Below, piece by piece: positions 17,996 through 27,778 of a stretch of 64,000 bases of DNA. The position numbers and the translations under genes are program-made. Origin of the DNA: Planctomycetota bacterium (GTDB lineage Bacteria; Planctomycetota; UBA1135; UBA2386); assembly GCA_046290465.1 (NCBI GenBank), contig JBKAGP010000001.1, positions 2,752,001-2,816,000 on the forward strand, given 5' to 3'. The stretch's first letter is position 1. The number at the start of each line of letters is the position of its first letter. The notes under the pieces are model-generated. The model saw only the letters and a list, made by a program, of their open reading frames with translations. It did no database searches and had not been told where the DNA came from.

Positions 17996-20488
17996 ATGTC
18001 GCAGGTCTCGCCGCTCGATCGACTGCTCGCCGAAGAACCGTTCGTCCGCACGCTGGCGCAGGCGCTGCTGGCCGAGGAGGCCGACGAGGTGGTGCAGCAG
18101 ACGTGGCTGCGCGCGATGAAGCACGGCGGCGACGGCGTCACCCAGCCGCGTTCGTGGCTCGCCAGCATCGCGCGCAACGTCGCCAACAACCTGCTGCGCG
18201 ACCGCCGCCGCCGCCAGGCGCGCGAACGCGCGGCACGCACCGACGAGCTGGCGCCGTCCTCGGCCGAGCTGATGGAGCGCGAGGAGCAGCGCAAGCGGCT
18301 GGTCGACGCGATCGACGCGCTGCCGAGCCAGCTGCGCACCGTGCTGCTGCTGCGCTACTACGAGGGCCTGGCGCCGCGCCACATCGCGGCCAAGACCGGC
18401 CTGTCCAACGACACCGTGCGCAACCGGATCCGGCGGGCGCTGCAGCTGCTGCGAGAACGGCTCGACGCCGGCAACGACGGCGACCGGCGCGCGTGGATGC
18501 TCGCGATGATCCCGATCGCCTGCCCGACGCCGGCGCAGGCCGCACCCGCGGTCGCGGCGGTGCCGTTCGCCGCGGTCCTGACGCTGACGCTGCTGGCGGG
18601 CATCGTCGCGATCGCGGTCGCGACCTGGGCGTTGTGGCCGCCCCCACCCGCGACCGCGCCGACGGCGTCCTCGGCCCCGGCTGGCGACGGCTCGCAAGCG
18701 GCGCCGGCGTCCGCCATCGACGACGCCGCCGCCGCGCCGGCGACCGGCCCGACCCCGACCGTCGCCCCTGCTGTCGAAGCGGCTGCGATCCATGCGGCTG
18801 CCGTCGAAGCCGCCGCCGCAACGCTGCCGCGCACCGGCCACCTCGAGGTCCACGTGCGGCACAGCGACGGCTCGCCGGCCGCCGACGTGCGGCTGCTGGT
18901 GCACGACCATGCCGGCGACCAGCGCGCCCCGCACGCCGAGGCCACCTCCAACGACGCCGGCGTCGCCCGCTTCGAACGGCTGCCCGCGACCGAGCTGTGG
19001 GTCAGCAGCGATCGCGGCACCCGGCCGCTGGTCACCACCATCGAGCCCGACGCGTGCGCGGTGCGCGAGTTCCGTCTCGAGCAGGGCGTGCACGTCGTCG
19101 GCGTCGTCGTCGACGGACTCGGCCAGCCGGTGCCGTTCGCGAGCGTCGAAGGCGCGCCGCTGGCGCTCGCCACGCTCGACGTGCAGCACCTCTGCCGCGC
19201 CGACGCCGACGGCCGCTTCGAACTGCGCGACGTGCACACCCGCTCCGTGCTCGGCGCGCGCGCACCGGGTCGGCTGCCCGGCGTGATGGAGGCGGTGCGC
19301 GGCCGCCCGGGCAGCAGCGTGCGCGTGCGCCTGACGGTCGGCGGCGTCGCGGCCGACGTGCGCGGGGTGGTGCGCGCGCCCGACGGTTCGCCGATCGCCG
19401 GGGCGACCGTGCGGGTCGGCGGCGGCCGCACCAGCGGCCTGCACATGGACGGCAACGTGCACCCGCCGATGCCGGCGCTGGCGCGCACCGACGACGCCGG
19501 CGCGTTCGTCGCCACCGGGGTGCCGCGCGGCCGGCTGTCGGTCGCGGTGGTCGCGCGCGGCTTCGCGCCGTGGTTCGGTGAGGTCGACCGTGCAGGCGCG
19601 GCCGACGTCGCGGTCGAACTGCAGCCGGGCGCGGTCGTCATCGGACGCGTCGAACTGCCGGACGGCGCCCCCGCCGCCGGCGCCCAGGTCGAGTACGGAC
19701 GCCTGCACGCGTTCGACTACCAGCGCACCCGGGCCGATCGCGACGGCCGCTTCCGGCTCGATCGGCTGCCGGCCGGTCCGGTCGAAGTGCGCGCGCACGT
19801 GCAGCAGGTCGGCGGCGCACGGCGACAGCTGCAGGTCGCGATCGGCCAGCCGACGCGCTGCCGACTGCGGCTCGACGGGTTCGGGCGGCCGCATGCGCCG
19901 GGCCCGGGCATGCACGACCGGGCCCAGCCGGGCGTGCCGGCGCTGCCGCGGCCCGGCCCCGAGTCCCCGCCCGCCGGTCCGCGCCGCGGCAGCTGCGCGA
20001 TCCGCGGCTACGTGCTCGGGCCCGACGGCAACCCGATCCCCGACGCGCAGGTGGTGGCCGTGCGGCGCGGCGCCCGCGGCGGCCACCGGATCGAGCGCCT
20101 CAGCGAGGACGACGGCGCGTTCGACCTCGGCCCGCTGCCGCCCGGGATGTGGCGCGTCGACGTGTTCGCGGCCGGCCTCGCGCCGATCTCGAGCGAACGG
20201 TTCGCGCTGCGCGAGGGCGAGGCGATCGACCTCGGCGACCTCGACGTGCCGGCCGGCGGACGCCTGCGCATCCACCTGCCCCGACGCCTGCGCGACCACG
20301 CCCGAGTCGTGGTGCTGCCGTCGATCACCGAGCTGCCGCTGCCCGTGCACCACGTCAACGACGCGCGCGAGACCGACTACCTGCCGGCGGGCACCTACGA
20401 GGTGCTGGTCTCCGATCGCGGCCGCGAACTGGCCCGCTGCAAGGCGACCGTCGTCGTCGACCGGGTCACCGACGTGACCGTTCGCTGA
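17996..20488 (+). CDS. ECF sigma factor fused to a TM and carboxypeptidase-regulatory-like repeats
   Basis: Regions 2 and 4 (DEVVQQTWLRA; IA..TG...TVRNRIRRA), a TM, then repeated G.V..PDG.PI.GA.V / TD..G.F modules. Confidence 0.88.
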   Translation: MSQVSPLDRLLAEEPFVRTLAQALLAEEADEVVQQTWLRAMKHGGDGVTQPRSWLASIARNVANNLLRDRRRRQARERAARTDELAPSSAELMEREEQRKRLVDAIDALPSQLRTVLLLRYYEGLAPRHIAAKTGLSNDTVRNRIRRALQLLRERLDAGNDGDRRAWMLAMIPIACPTPAQAAPAVAAVPFAAVLTLTLLAGIVAIAVATWALWPPPPATAPTASSAPAGDGSQAAPASAIDDAAAAPATGPTPTVAPAVEAAAIHAAAVEAAAATLPRTGHLEVHVRHSDGSPAADVRLLVHDHAGDQRAPHAEATSNDAGVARFERLPATELWVSSDRGTRPLVTTIEPDACAVREFRLEQGVHVVGVVVDGLGQPVPFASVEGAPLALATLDVQHLCRADADGRFELRDVHTRSVLGARAPGRLPGVMEAVRGRPGSSVRVRLTVGGVAADVRGVVRAPDGSPIAGATVRVGGGRTSGLHMDGNVHPPMPALARTDDAGAFVATGVPRGRLSVAVVARGFAPWFGEVDRAGAADVAVELQPGAVVIGRVELPDGAPAAGAQVEYGRLHAFDYQRTRADRDGRFRLDRLPAGPVEVRAHVQQVGGARRQLQVAIGQPTRCRLRLDGFGRPHAPGPGMHDRAQPGVPALPRPGPESPPAGPRRGSCAIRGYVLGPDGNPIPDAQVVAVRRGARGGHRIERLSEDDGAFDLGPLPPGMWRVDVFAAGLAPISSERFALREGEAIDLGDLDVPAGGRLRIHLPRRLRDHARVVVLPSITELPLPVHHVNDARETDYLPAGTYEVLVSDRGRELARCKATVVVDRVTDVTVR

Positions 20489-20965
20489 TCAGCTGCGCTG
20501 CTGCAGGCGCGCCTTGCGGCGCGCTTCGGCCTCGCGGAAGCGGCGCTGCTCCTCGTCGGTATCGGGCGTGACGATCGGGACCACGCGCGGCTTGCGCGTC
20601 TCCGGATCCAGCGACACGAACGTCAGGTAGGCCGAGGCGACGTGGTTGCGGTGGCCGGTCGGACGCTCCTCCTGCCAGACCTTGACGCCGACCTCCATCG
20701 AGGTGCGGCCGGTGTAGTTGACCGAGGCCAGCAGCACGATGACGCTGCCGACCGGCACCGGGTTGTGGAAGTCGACGTTGTCGACGCTCGCGGTGACCAC
20801 CGGCGTGCGCGCGTGGCGGCCGGCGCAGACGGCCGCGCAGACGTCGATCCAGTGCATGACCCGGCCGCCCATCGCGTTGCCGAGCGGGTTGGCGTCGTTG
20901 GGCATGACGATCTCCGTCATCTCGACGCGGCTTTCGTGGACGGGGCGCTTCCTGCGTTCGGTCAT
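20489..20965 (-). CDS. Acyl-CoA thioesterase (hotdog fold, YciA-like)
   Basis: VMPNDANPLGNAMGG..MHWID, VVTASVD and GRTSMEVGV motifs. Confidence 0.92.
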   Translation of the reverse strand: MTERRKRPVHESRVEMTEIVMPNDANPLGNAMGGRVMHWIDVCAAVCAGRHARTPVVTASVDNVDFHNPVPVGSVIVLLASVNYTGRTSMEVGVKVWQEERPTGHRNHVASAYLTFVSLDPETRKPRVVPIVTPDTDEEQRRFREAEARRKARLQQRS

Positions 20966-21027
20966 CGCCGGCGACTGTAGGCCCACGCGCGCCGCGGCCA
21001 AGGGAAGAACGGGCGCGCCCCCGCAGG

Positions 21028-21456
21028 TCAGCGGCCCTTCTGCAGGACCGCCTCGACCGGCACCGCCTCGAGCTCGACCGGCTCGTCGCACTCGAACAGC
21101 ACCGCGCAGCCGCGCGCCAGCGTCCAGGTGCCGACGTCCCGTTCGTCCTTCTGGAACGGCACCCGCCGCGAGAACCGGCCGTTCGCATCGGCGTGTCCGA
21201 CCCAGCGGCCGCTGCGATCGAGCACGCGATAGAGCACCACCGGGCCGCTCGGATCGCGGATCTCGAACTTGACCAGTTCGCCGAGTTCGGCGCCGTCGGC
21301 CTTCACCGTCCAGCGCTCGAGCTCGACGACCTCGCGCGGCTGCAACGGCGGCGGCTCGGGCGGCGGCGCGCTGCAGGCGGCCAGGAACAACCCCATCAGG
21401 CCCGCGGTCGGGCCGGGCCCGAGCCGGGCGAACAGAACATGCTTCGGTCGAACGAT
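21028..21456 (-). CDS. Hypothetical lipoprotein (start uncertain: ATG at 21396 or ATC at 21456 after AAGGAG)
   Basis: Lipobox LAAC followed by a Pro-rich linker; GC3-type codon usage. Confidence 0.6.
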   Translation of the reverse strand: MVRPKHVLFARLGPGPTAGLMGLFLAACSAPPPEPPPLQPREVVELERWTVKADGAELGELVKFEIRDPSGPVVLYRVLDRSGRWVGHADANGRFSRRVPFQKDERDVGTWTLARGCAVLFECDEPVELEAVPVEAVLQKGR

Positions 21457-21529
21457 CGCGATCTCCTTGGTGGCGCTGACCGCGTTGTATCCGCAGAATA
21501 CTCCGCCCGCCAAGGGCGGCCCCTCCACC

Positions 21530-22600
21530 ATGACGTCGATGAAAGGAGTCCAGCTCTCCTCCCCCGGTCAGTACCGCCTGCGCACGGATCTGACAGTACC
21601 GGAGCCCCAACCGGGCGAAGTGCGCATCAAGGTCGCGGCCGCGGGCATCTGCGGCACCGACGTGCACATCTGCAGCGGCGACCCGTCGATGAACGGCCTG
21701 ATCGCCCCGCCGGTGACGCTCGGTCACGAGTTCTGCGGCCATATCGACAAGCTCGGCGACGGCGTCGACGAGCAGGACTACCCGCTCGGCACCTACGTCA
21801 GCGCCGAGATGCACGAGATCTGCGGCGAATGCCCGGCGTGCGTCAGCGAGGCCTTCCACGCCTGCGCGACCGCGCGCATCCGCGGCATCAACCTCGACGG
21901 CGCGTTCGCCGAGTACGTCGTGGTCACCGCCGGCAACGTCGTCAAGCTGCCGAAGGACCTGCCGATGCAGGTCGCCGCGATCCTCGACCCGCTCGGCAAC
22001 GCCGTGCACACGACGCTGAAGGTGCCGGTCGAGAAGAAGAAGGTGGCGATCATCGGCTTCGGCCCGATCGGCGCGATGTGCGGCGAGATCGCGACGTTCG
22101 TCGACGCCGAGCACGTGTTCGTCGTCGACGTCGCCGACAAGGCGCTGGCGCGCGCCCGCGCGTGGGTGATCCGCCGCGGCCTGACCGACCGCGTCACCGT
22201 CGTCGACGGCCGCGAGAAGCCGGTGCAGACGATCGTCGACGCGACCAGGGGCGGCGTCGACGTCGCGCTCGAGATCTCGGGCCACCCTGTCGGCATCAAC
22301 AACGCGATCCAGATGACGCGCCCGGCCGGGCACATCGTCAACCTCGGCCTGCCGAAGGGCGACTCGGTGTCGATCGACGGCTTCTCGAAGAACTTCATCT
22401 TCAAGGGCCTGACGATGCACGCGGTGATCGGCCGCGAGATGTTCCGCACCTGGGACCGCATGCTCGAGTTGCTCGAGAAGGGCCTCGACATCACCCACCT
22501 GGTGACCGCCGAGATGTCGATCGACGAGTTCGGCACCGGCATGCAGCGCTTCGGCGAGGGCCTCGAGCAGAAGGTCGTGCTCTACCCGCACAAGGTCTGA
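21530..22600 (+). CDS. tdh: L-threonine 3-dehydrogenase (Zn-dependent MDR)
   Basis: ICGTDVHI, GHEFCG, VSAE.H..CG.C..C, DPLGNAVHT and IFKGLT...IGREMF.TW motifs. Confidence 0.9.
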   Translation: MTSMKGVQLSSPGQYRLRTDLTVPEPQPGEVRIKVAAAGICGTDVHICSGDPSMNGLIAPPVTLGHEFCGHIDKLGDGVDEQDYPLGTYVSAEMHEICGECPACVSEAFHACATARIRGINLDGAFAEYVVVTAGNVVKLPKDLPMQVAAILDPLGNAVHTTLKVPVEKKKVAIIGFGPIGAMCGEIATFVDAEHVFVVDVADKALARARAWVIRRGLTDRVTVVDGREKPVQTIVDATRGGVDVALEISGHPVGINNAIQMTRPAGHIVNLGLPKGDSVSIDGFSKNFIFKGLTMHAVIGREMFRTWDRMLELLEKGLDITHLVTAEMSIDEFGTGMQRFGEGLEQKVVLYPHKV

Positions 22601-22605
22601 CCGCG

Positions 22606-23367
22606 ATGCCCCCCACAGAGCAGCCGCAGCTGCGCAAGATGACGCTGCGTGACGTTCCCGGAGTGCTGCAGTGGATCGCTGCGGTCGACGAGGAGGACGC
22701 CGCACAGGCCCGCCAGGAGTTCGCCGAGAACCTCGATGGCCAGTACCTGTTCGCCGACGGCGAACGGCTGATCGGCACCACCGGCTTCGAACCGATCGAG
22801 GGCACCGACGGCTCGTGCTGGCTCGGCTGGACCGCGACCGCCCCGGACGCGCGGCCCGAGGACGCGGTCGCGATGCTCGCCGAGCTGGTGACGCGGCTGC
22901 AGGCCAACGAGGTGCGCAAGGTGTTCGCCGAGACCAGCGATCCGGCCGAGGCTGGGCTGCGCGAGCTGCTGGTGCAGGCCGGCTTCCAGGAGGAGCTGCG
23001 CCACGAAGGCTACTACGAGTCCGGCGAGGCGATGGTCGGCCTCGGCCTGCGGCTGTTCCCGCCGGCGCCGGAGCCGATCGACGCCGACGAGCGCGCCCCG
23101 CGCCTGCTCGACCTGCTCGAGATCGACGACGCCGACGGCACCTACTTCGTCGACTGGGAGTTCGCCGACGAGGCGGGCCCCGACGAGCTCGCCCAGGCCG
23201 TCGAGTTCGCGCGCGGCCGCGGCGGCCGCGTGCTGTTCGCGTCGGCACCGTCGCACGCGGTCGGCGCCGCGCGCGCGTTCGAGGCCGCCGGCCTGCAGCG
23301 CGCCGGTCGCTGGCTCGACTTCCACGAGGACGACGTGCACGAAGAGCACTACCGGCGGGATCTGTAG
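22606..23367 (+). CDS. GNAT-like acetyltransferase with two degenerate GNAT halves
   Basis: LIGTTGF..I.GTDGSCWLGW, RKVFAETS, AGF.EE...GYY..GE; the second half ends similarly (AGLQRAG..LDFHEDD). Confidence 0.6.
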   Translation: MPPTEQPQLRKMTLRDVPGVLQWIAAVDEEDAAQARQEFAENLDGQYLFADGERLIGTTGFEPIEGTDGSCWLGWTATAPDARPEDAVAMLAELVTRLQANEVRKVFAETSDPAEAGLRELLVQAGFQEELRHEGYYESGEAMVGLGLRLFPPAPEPIDADERAPRLLDLLEIDDADGTYFVDWEFADEAGPDELAQAVEFARGRGGRVLFASAPSHAVGAARAFEAAGLQRAGRWLDFHEDDVHEEHYRRDL

Positions 23368-23452
23368 GCGCGCAGGCAATCTGTAGGTGCGCAGGGACGA
23401 TGAGCGCGCAGGGATCTGGCAGCGCGCAGGGGTCTGGGGGCGCGGAGGGCCC
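23357..23452 (+). repeat. Degenerate ~18-bp tandem repeat, about 5 units (consensus near GGATCTGNAG-GCGCGCAG)
   Basis: gggatctgtaggcgcgcag / gcaatctgtaggtgcgcag / ggacgatgagcgcgcag / ggatctggcagcgcgcag / gggtctgggggcgcggag. Confidence 0.55.
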
Positions 23453-23551
23453 GCGGCGCTTGCATGCCCCGCCGAACACCCCTTACGTTCGGGAGCTCAG
23501 AGTCCGTGGACGACGGACCAGCGAGGAGTGCAACCGCAGCGACCAGGCCCC

Positions 23552-24283
23552 ATGACGATCCCAACGCCCCGTCGGACCGCCCTGCCGGTCGCGCTCCTGT
23601 CCGCGCTGCTGCTCACCGGCTGCCACCGTGGCCCGATCGAGGTCATCGACCTCGACCAGGTGCTCGACATCCTCAGCGAGGAGCTGAAGCGCCCGATCGA
23701 CGGCGCCACGCCGGAGACGGTCGAGATCGACAAGGCCGAGGACGGCAAGGTCGCCGGACTCGACGAAACCGCCGTGAAGCCGGAGATGACCCAGCAGTTC
23801 CTGACGCGCTTCGCCAAGGCGCTCAACGCGGCGCAGCTGATGACGACGCCGATCGGCGTGCGCATGGACGGCAGCGGCTCGCTCTACGGCTTCACCGACC
23901 ACGACCGCAACATGCAGCAGAACGGCAGCGACCGCGCGCTGTTCCGCATCGACATCGACCCGGACAACGGCCGGATGATCGCGACCGACCTGCAGCGGCC
24001 GCAGTACCGCCGCGACCACCACTACCGCGGCTACTACCACGGCTACGGCTACCACGGCGGCGGCGGCTTCTGGATGGGCTACATGCTCGGCTCGATGCGC
24101 GGCCGCAGCGACCGCTACTACGCCGAGCCGTCGCGGCGACGGCCTAGCTACAGCACGATGAGCATGGCGCCGCGCGGCTACCACGCGGCGGCGCAGCAGC
24201 AGGCGCGCACCCGCGCCCGTTCGCGCAGCCGCAGCTCGGCGCGTTCGCGCGGCGGTTCGAGCAGCTTCCGATCCGGCAAATGA
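23552..24283 (+). CDS. Lipoprotein with Gly/Tyr-rich segment and Arg/Ser-rich tail (YgiB/DUF1190/UPF0323-like role)
   Basis: Lipobox LTGC; GGFWMGYMLG; C-terminus RSRSSARSRGGSSSFRSGK; stop overlaps the speE start. Confidence 0.7.
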   Translation: MTIPTPRRTALPVALLSALLLTGCHRGPIEVIDLDQVLDILSEELKRPIDGATPETVEIDKAEDGKVAGLDETAVKPEMTQQFLTRFAKALNAAQLMTTPIGVRMDGSGSLYGFTDHDRNMQQNGSDRALFRIDIDPDNGRMIATDLQRPQYRRDHHYRGYYHGYGYHGGGGFWMGYMLGSMRGRSDRYYAEPSRRRPSYSTMSMAPRGYHAAAQQQARTRARSRSRSSARSRGGSSSFRSGK

Positions 24284-25812
24284 CGGACGAGCCCGCGACG
24301 ATCGCGGCGACGCCGCGGCAGCTCGCGATCCTGCAGTTCGCCGTGCTGGTGGTCGCGATCTGCGCGATCATCTACGAACTGATCATCGCGACCGTCTCCA
24401 GCTACCTGCTGGGCGACTCGGTCTACCAGTTCTCGATCACGATCGGGCTGTTCATGTTCGCGATGGGCCTCGGCTCGTACGTCAGCAAGCTGCTGCGCTC
24501 GGACCTGCTGACGACGTTCCTCGCGGTCGAACTGCTGCTGGCGGTGGTCGGCGGCACCTGCTCGATCACGCTGTTCCTGGTGTTCCCGTTCGGCTCCGTC
24601 TACCGGCCGACGATGTACGTGCTGACGATCTTGGTCGGCCTGATGGTCGGCCTCGAGATCCCGATCCTGCTGCGCATCCTGGCCGAACGGGGCGGCGTGC
24701 GCGAGAGCGTCGCGCACGTGCTGAGCCTCGACTACCTGGGCGCGCTGATCGGCTCGGTGTCGTTCCCGCTGCTGCTGCTGCCAGACCTCGGGCTGTTCCG
24801 TTCGTCGTTCGCGATCGGCCTGCTCAACGTCGGCGTGGCGCTGGCGACGCTGCTGGCGTTCCGCCGCCAGATCCGCCGGGCCGGCCTGTTCGCGGCCGTC
24901 ACGGCGCTGCTCGGGGTCGGCCTCGCCGTCGGCGCCGTGCAGGCGATCGCGCTGACGGGCTTCGCCGAGGACCAGCTCTACCGCGAGCGCATCGTGCACC
25001 TGCAGCAGACCCCCTACCAGCGCGTCGTCGTCACCGTCGACGAACGCACCAACGCGCACGCGATGTACCTGGACGGGCACCTGCAGTTCCACGAGCACGA
25101 CGAATACCGCTACCACGAAGGCCTGGTGCACCCGCTGCTGTCGATGCCTGGCACGCGCGAGTCGGTGCTGATCCTCGGCGGCGGCGACGGCATGGCGGCG
25201 CGCGAGGTGCTGCGGTATCCGGACGTGCAGCGGGTCGTGCTGGTCGACATCGACCCGGCGGTGACCGGCTTCTGCCGCACGTTCCCGGCCATCAAGGCGC
25301 TCAACGGCGGCGCGCTCGACGATCCGCGGCTGACCGTCGTGCACGCCGACGCGTTCAACTACGTGCGCGAGTGCGAACTGCGCTTCGACCGCGCGGTGCT
25401 CGACCTGCCCGATCCGCACAACGAGGTGCTGGCCAAGCTCTACTCGGTCGAGTTCTACCGCCTGCTGAGGGGCGTGCTGCACGAGGCCGGCACGCTGGTC
25501 ACGCAGAGCACCAGCCCGTTCCACACCCGGCGCACGTTCGCGTCGATCGGCGCGACGCTGCGCGCGGCCGGCTTCCGGACGCTGCCCTACCAGCTGCAGG
25601 TGCCGTCGTTCGGGCCGTGGGGCTTCACGCTCGCCAGCCGCGACCACGCGCCGCGCATGCCAGCGCTACGGGTTCCGACGCGGTTCCTCAACGCCGAGCT
25701 GCTGCGAGCCGCTACCGTGTTCGGCGAGGACGACGCGCCGACCGGCGGCCTGGTCAACTCGATCTTCGAACCCAAGCTCTACGAGCTCTACCACCGCGCC
25801 AACGAGAAGTAG
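24280..25812 (+). CDS. speE: Membrane-anchored polyamine aminopropyltransferase (spermidine synthase)
   Basis: N-terminal ~7-TM domain (YELI...SYLLGDSV.QFS) followed by QTPYQ, YHEGLVHP, LILGGGDG and DLPDP. Confidence 0.92.
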   Translation: MTDEPATIAATPRQLAILQFAVLVVAICAIIYELIIATVSSYLLGDSVYQFSITIGLFMFAMGLGSYVSKLLRSDLLTTFLAVELLLAVVGGTCSITLFLVFPFGSVYRPTMYVLTILVGLMVGLEIPILLRILAERGGVRESVAHVLSLDYLGALIGSVSFPLLLLPDLGLFRSSFAIGLLNVGVALATLLAFRRQIRRAGLFAAVTALLGVGLAVGAVQAIALTGFAEDQLYRERIVHLQQTPYQRVVVTVDERTNAHAMYLDGHLQFHEHDEYRYHEGLVHPLLSMPGTRESVLILGGGDGMAAREVLRYPDVQRVVLVDIDPAVTGFCRTFPAIKALNGGALDDPRLTVVHADAFNYVRECELRFDRAVLDLPDPHNEVLAKLYSVEFYRLLRGVLHEAGTLVTQSTSPFHTRRTFASIGATLRAAGFRTLPYQLQVPSFGPWGFTLASRDHAPRMPALRVPTRFLNAELLRAATVFGEDDAPTGGLVNSIFEPKLYELYHRANEK

Positions 25813-25814
25813 CC

Positions 25815-26894
25815 ATGATCCTGCTCCGCCTCGTTCGCTTCAGCCGCAGGCTGCGCGCCCGACGCTCGCTGGGGTTCTTCCTGGTCGCCGGCCTGATGGC
25901 GGCCAGCATCCTCGGCAACGCGCTGTGCTTCTACCTGTTCGACAGCGCGGTCAAGCCGGAGCTGACCATCGCCGACGCGCTCTGGTACAGCGTCATCTCG
26001 ATGACGACGATCGGCTACGGCGACTTCTACGCCGAGACCACCGGCGCCCGCCTCGGCACGATCTTCTTCATCGTCATCGTCGGACTGTCGGCGTTCAGCG
26101 TGTTCCTCGGCATGCTGATCGACGGCGTCGGCTCCACCGTCACCAAGGGCAAGAAGGGGCTGCTGAAGGCCATGGCCAGAGACCACGTGCTGATCGTCAA
26201 CTTCCCGGCCGCATCGCGCGTGCGCCAGATCCTCGACGAACTGCGCTCCGACCCGCAGCACCACGGCGTCGAGATCGTGGTCGTGTCGGACCAGATCGAA
26301 GAGCTGCCGTTCGTGATCGACAACGTGCTGTTCGTGCGCGGCAGTCCGCACGACGCCGACACCTACCGGCAGGCCAACATCGACGACGCCCGTATGGCGA
26401 TCGTGCTGAGCCGCGACTACGCGGACCCGAGCAGCGACGCGGTGGCCGCGGCCGCCGTCAGCGTCATCAGCAGCCTCAAGGACGACGTGCACATCGTCGC
26501 CGAATGCCTCGACGACCGGCACCGCGCGCTGTTCGAGTCGGTGCGCTGCGACGCGATCGTGTCGGGGCTCAGCATCGCCAGCAACCTGCTGGCCCAGGAG
26601 ATCCACGATCCGGGCATCTCGCGCATGATCGAGGTGTTCACCAGCAACCGACGCGGCAGCACGCTGTTCAGCGCGCAGGTGGACAGCCGCGCCGATGCCG
26701 ACGTCCCGCGAGCACGCCGCTACGACGAACTGGCCAGGGACCTGCTCGGGCGCGGCATCAACCTGATGGCGGTCAACCGCGACGAGGACTCGCTGACCGA
26801 CCTGCGCAATATCGAGCCGCGGGCGGGCGACACGGTCATCTACGCCAGCGAACGGCGCTACAGCTGGCCCGAGCTGCTGCGCATCACATCATGA
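25815..26894 (+). CDS. Potassium channel protein (2TM pore plus RCK/TrkA-N)
   Basis: Filter TTIGYGD between two TMs; RCK motifs DHVLIV, FVRGSP and ANIDDA. Confidence 0.92.
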   Translation: MILLRLVRFSRRLRARRSLGFFLVAGLMAASILGNALCFYLFDSAVKPELTIADALWYSVISMTTIGYGDFYAETTGARLGTIFFIVIVGLSAFSVFLGMLIDGVGSTVTKGKKGLLKAMARDHVLIVNFPAASRVRQILDELRSDPQHHGVEIVVVSDQIEELPFVIDNVLFVRGSPHDADTYRQANIDDARMAIVLSRDYADPSSDAVAAAAVSVISSLKDDVHIVAECLDDRHRALFESVRCDAIVSGLSIASNLLAQEIHDPGISRMIEVFTSNRRGSTLFSAQVDSRADADVPRARRYDELARDLLGRGINLMAVNRDEDSLTDLRNIEPRAGDTVIYASERRYSWPELLRITS

Positions 26895-27762
26895 AGAAGA
26901 TCATCGCCGCGCCGCCGATCGCCACCGCGCCTTCGGCCCACGCGGCGTTGAGGTTGCGGTCGCGCTCGATCTCGACGTGCAGGCAGTCACCCGGCATCAG
27001 CACCCGGTCGGTGACGACCCGCAGCACGACCAGCACGACGAAACCGGTCAGCGCGAAGTAGCCGAACTCGCCCAGGTTCTCGGCCCAGCCGACGAAGTGG
27101 TCCTTGGACGCGCGCAGCAGCACCACGCCGACCCCGACGACGCTCAGGCCGTAGGCGACCCCGGCCGCGACGTTGTCCTTCTCGATCTGCTCGTGCAGGT
27201 CGAACTTGCTGAACGCCTGGTAGACCAGCGACCACAGCACCAGCACGACCTGGCCGAGGCCGAAGAACGCCAGCGCCGTGATCGGACCGCCGCCTTCGCC
27301 GTGCACCGCGCCGGCGATCACCAGCGCCGTCGCGACGATGCTGCCGAACACGACCGCGCCGGTGCCGGCGTTGCGGTCGTGGATCACCTCGTCGGTGACC
27401 GCGAAGCGCCGCAGCACGATCCGGTCGAGCAGGATCGTGCCGACGAACAGGCACACCAGCCCGCCGAGCGTGTAGCCGGCGACCACCAGCATCGACTGGC
27501 CGATCTCGCCCCACGTGGGGTCGAGCAGCGCGCCGTCCTCCATCTCGACGTGCTCGGGTCCGATCGACGCGCCGAGGAAGATGATCAGCACACCGAGCAG
27601 GTAGCCCGTGAATACCAGACCGACCGCCGGGTTGTCCCGCTTCGTCAGGTGCTCCTGCAACCGATAGGGCAGCGCGAACCCGACCAAGAGGCGCGCGACC
27701 ACCAGGAGCACGGTGCCGAGGGCGACGTAGGCAAGACCGTGCAGGATGCCGTGAAGGTCCAT
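26884..27762 (-). CDS. DUF350 domain membrane protein (repeated domains)
   Basis: Repeated EHL..RDNPAVG / EVIHDRNAGTG / EQIEKDNVAAG / EIERDRNLNAA motifs between TMs. Confidence 0.85.
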   Translation of the reverse strand: MDLHGILHGLAYVALGTVLLVVARLLVGFALPYRLQEHLTKRDNPAVGLVFTGYLLGVLIIFLGASIGPEHVEMEDGALLDPTWGEIGQSMLVVAGYTLGGLVCLFVGTILLDRIVLRRFAVTDEVIHDRNAGTGAVVFGSIVATALVIAGAVHGEGGGPITALAFFGLGQVVLVLWSLVYQAFSKFDLHEQIEKDNVAAGVAYGLSVVGVGVVLLRASKDHFVGWAENLGEFGYFALTGFVVLVVLRVVTDRVLMPGDCLHVEIERDRNLNAAWAEGAVAIGGAAMIFFMM

Positions 27763-27778
27763 GTCGGAAGCTTAGAGG

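Noticed and set aside
20489..23479. ORF-track long fusions (996-aa ORF ending in the thioesterase; 1080-aa ORF ending in MetAP; 888-aa ORF ending in M48)
   Set aside because: The upstream extensions are non-coding read-through frames overlapping other genes; real starts are at 20965, 34214 and 52093.
23521..23551. SAH riboswitch-like words (GAGGAG-TGCAAC ... CCAGGC) upstream of the speE operon
   Set aside because: The GAGCGC pseudoknot segment, its downstream partner and the P1 pairing are missing; the resemblance is likely chance.
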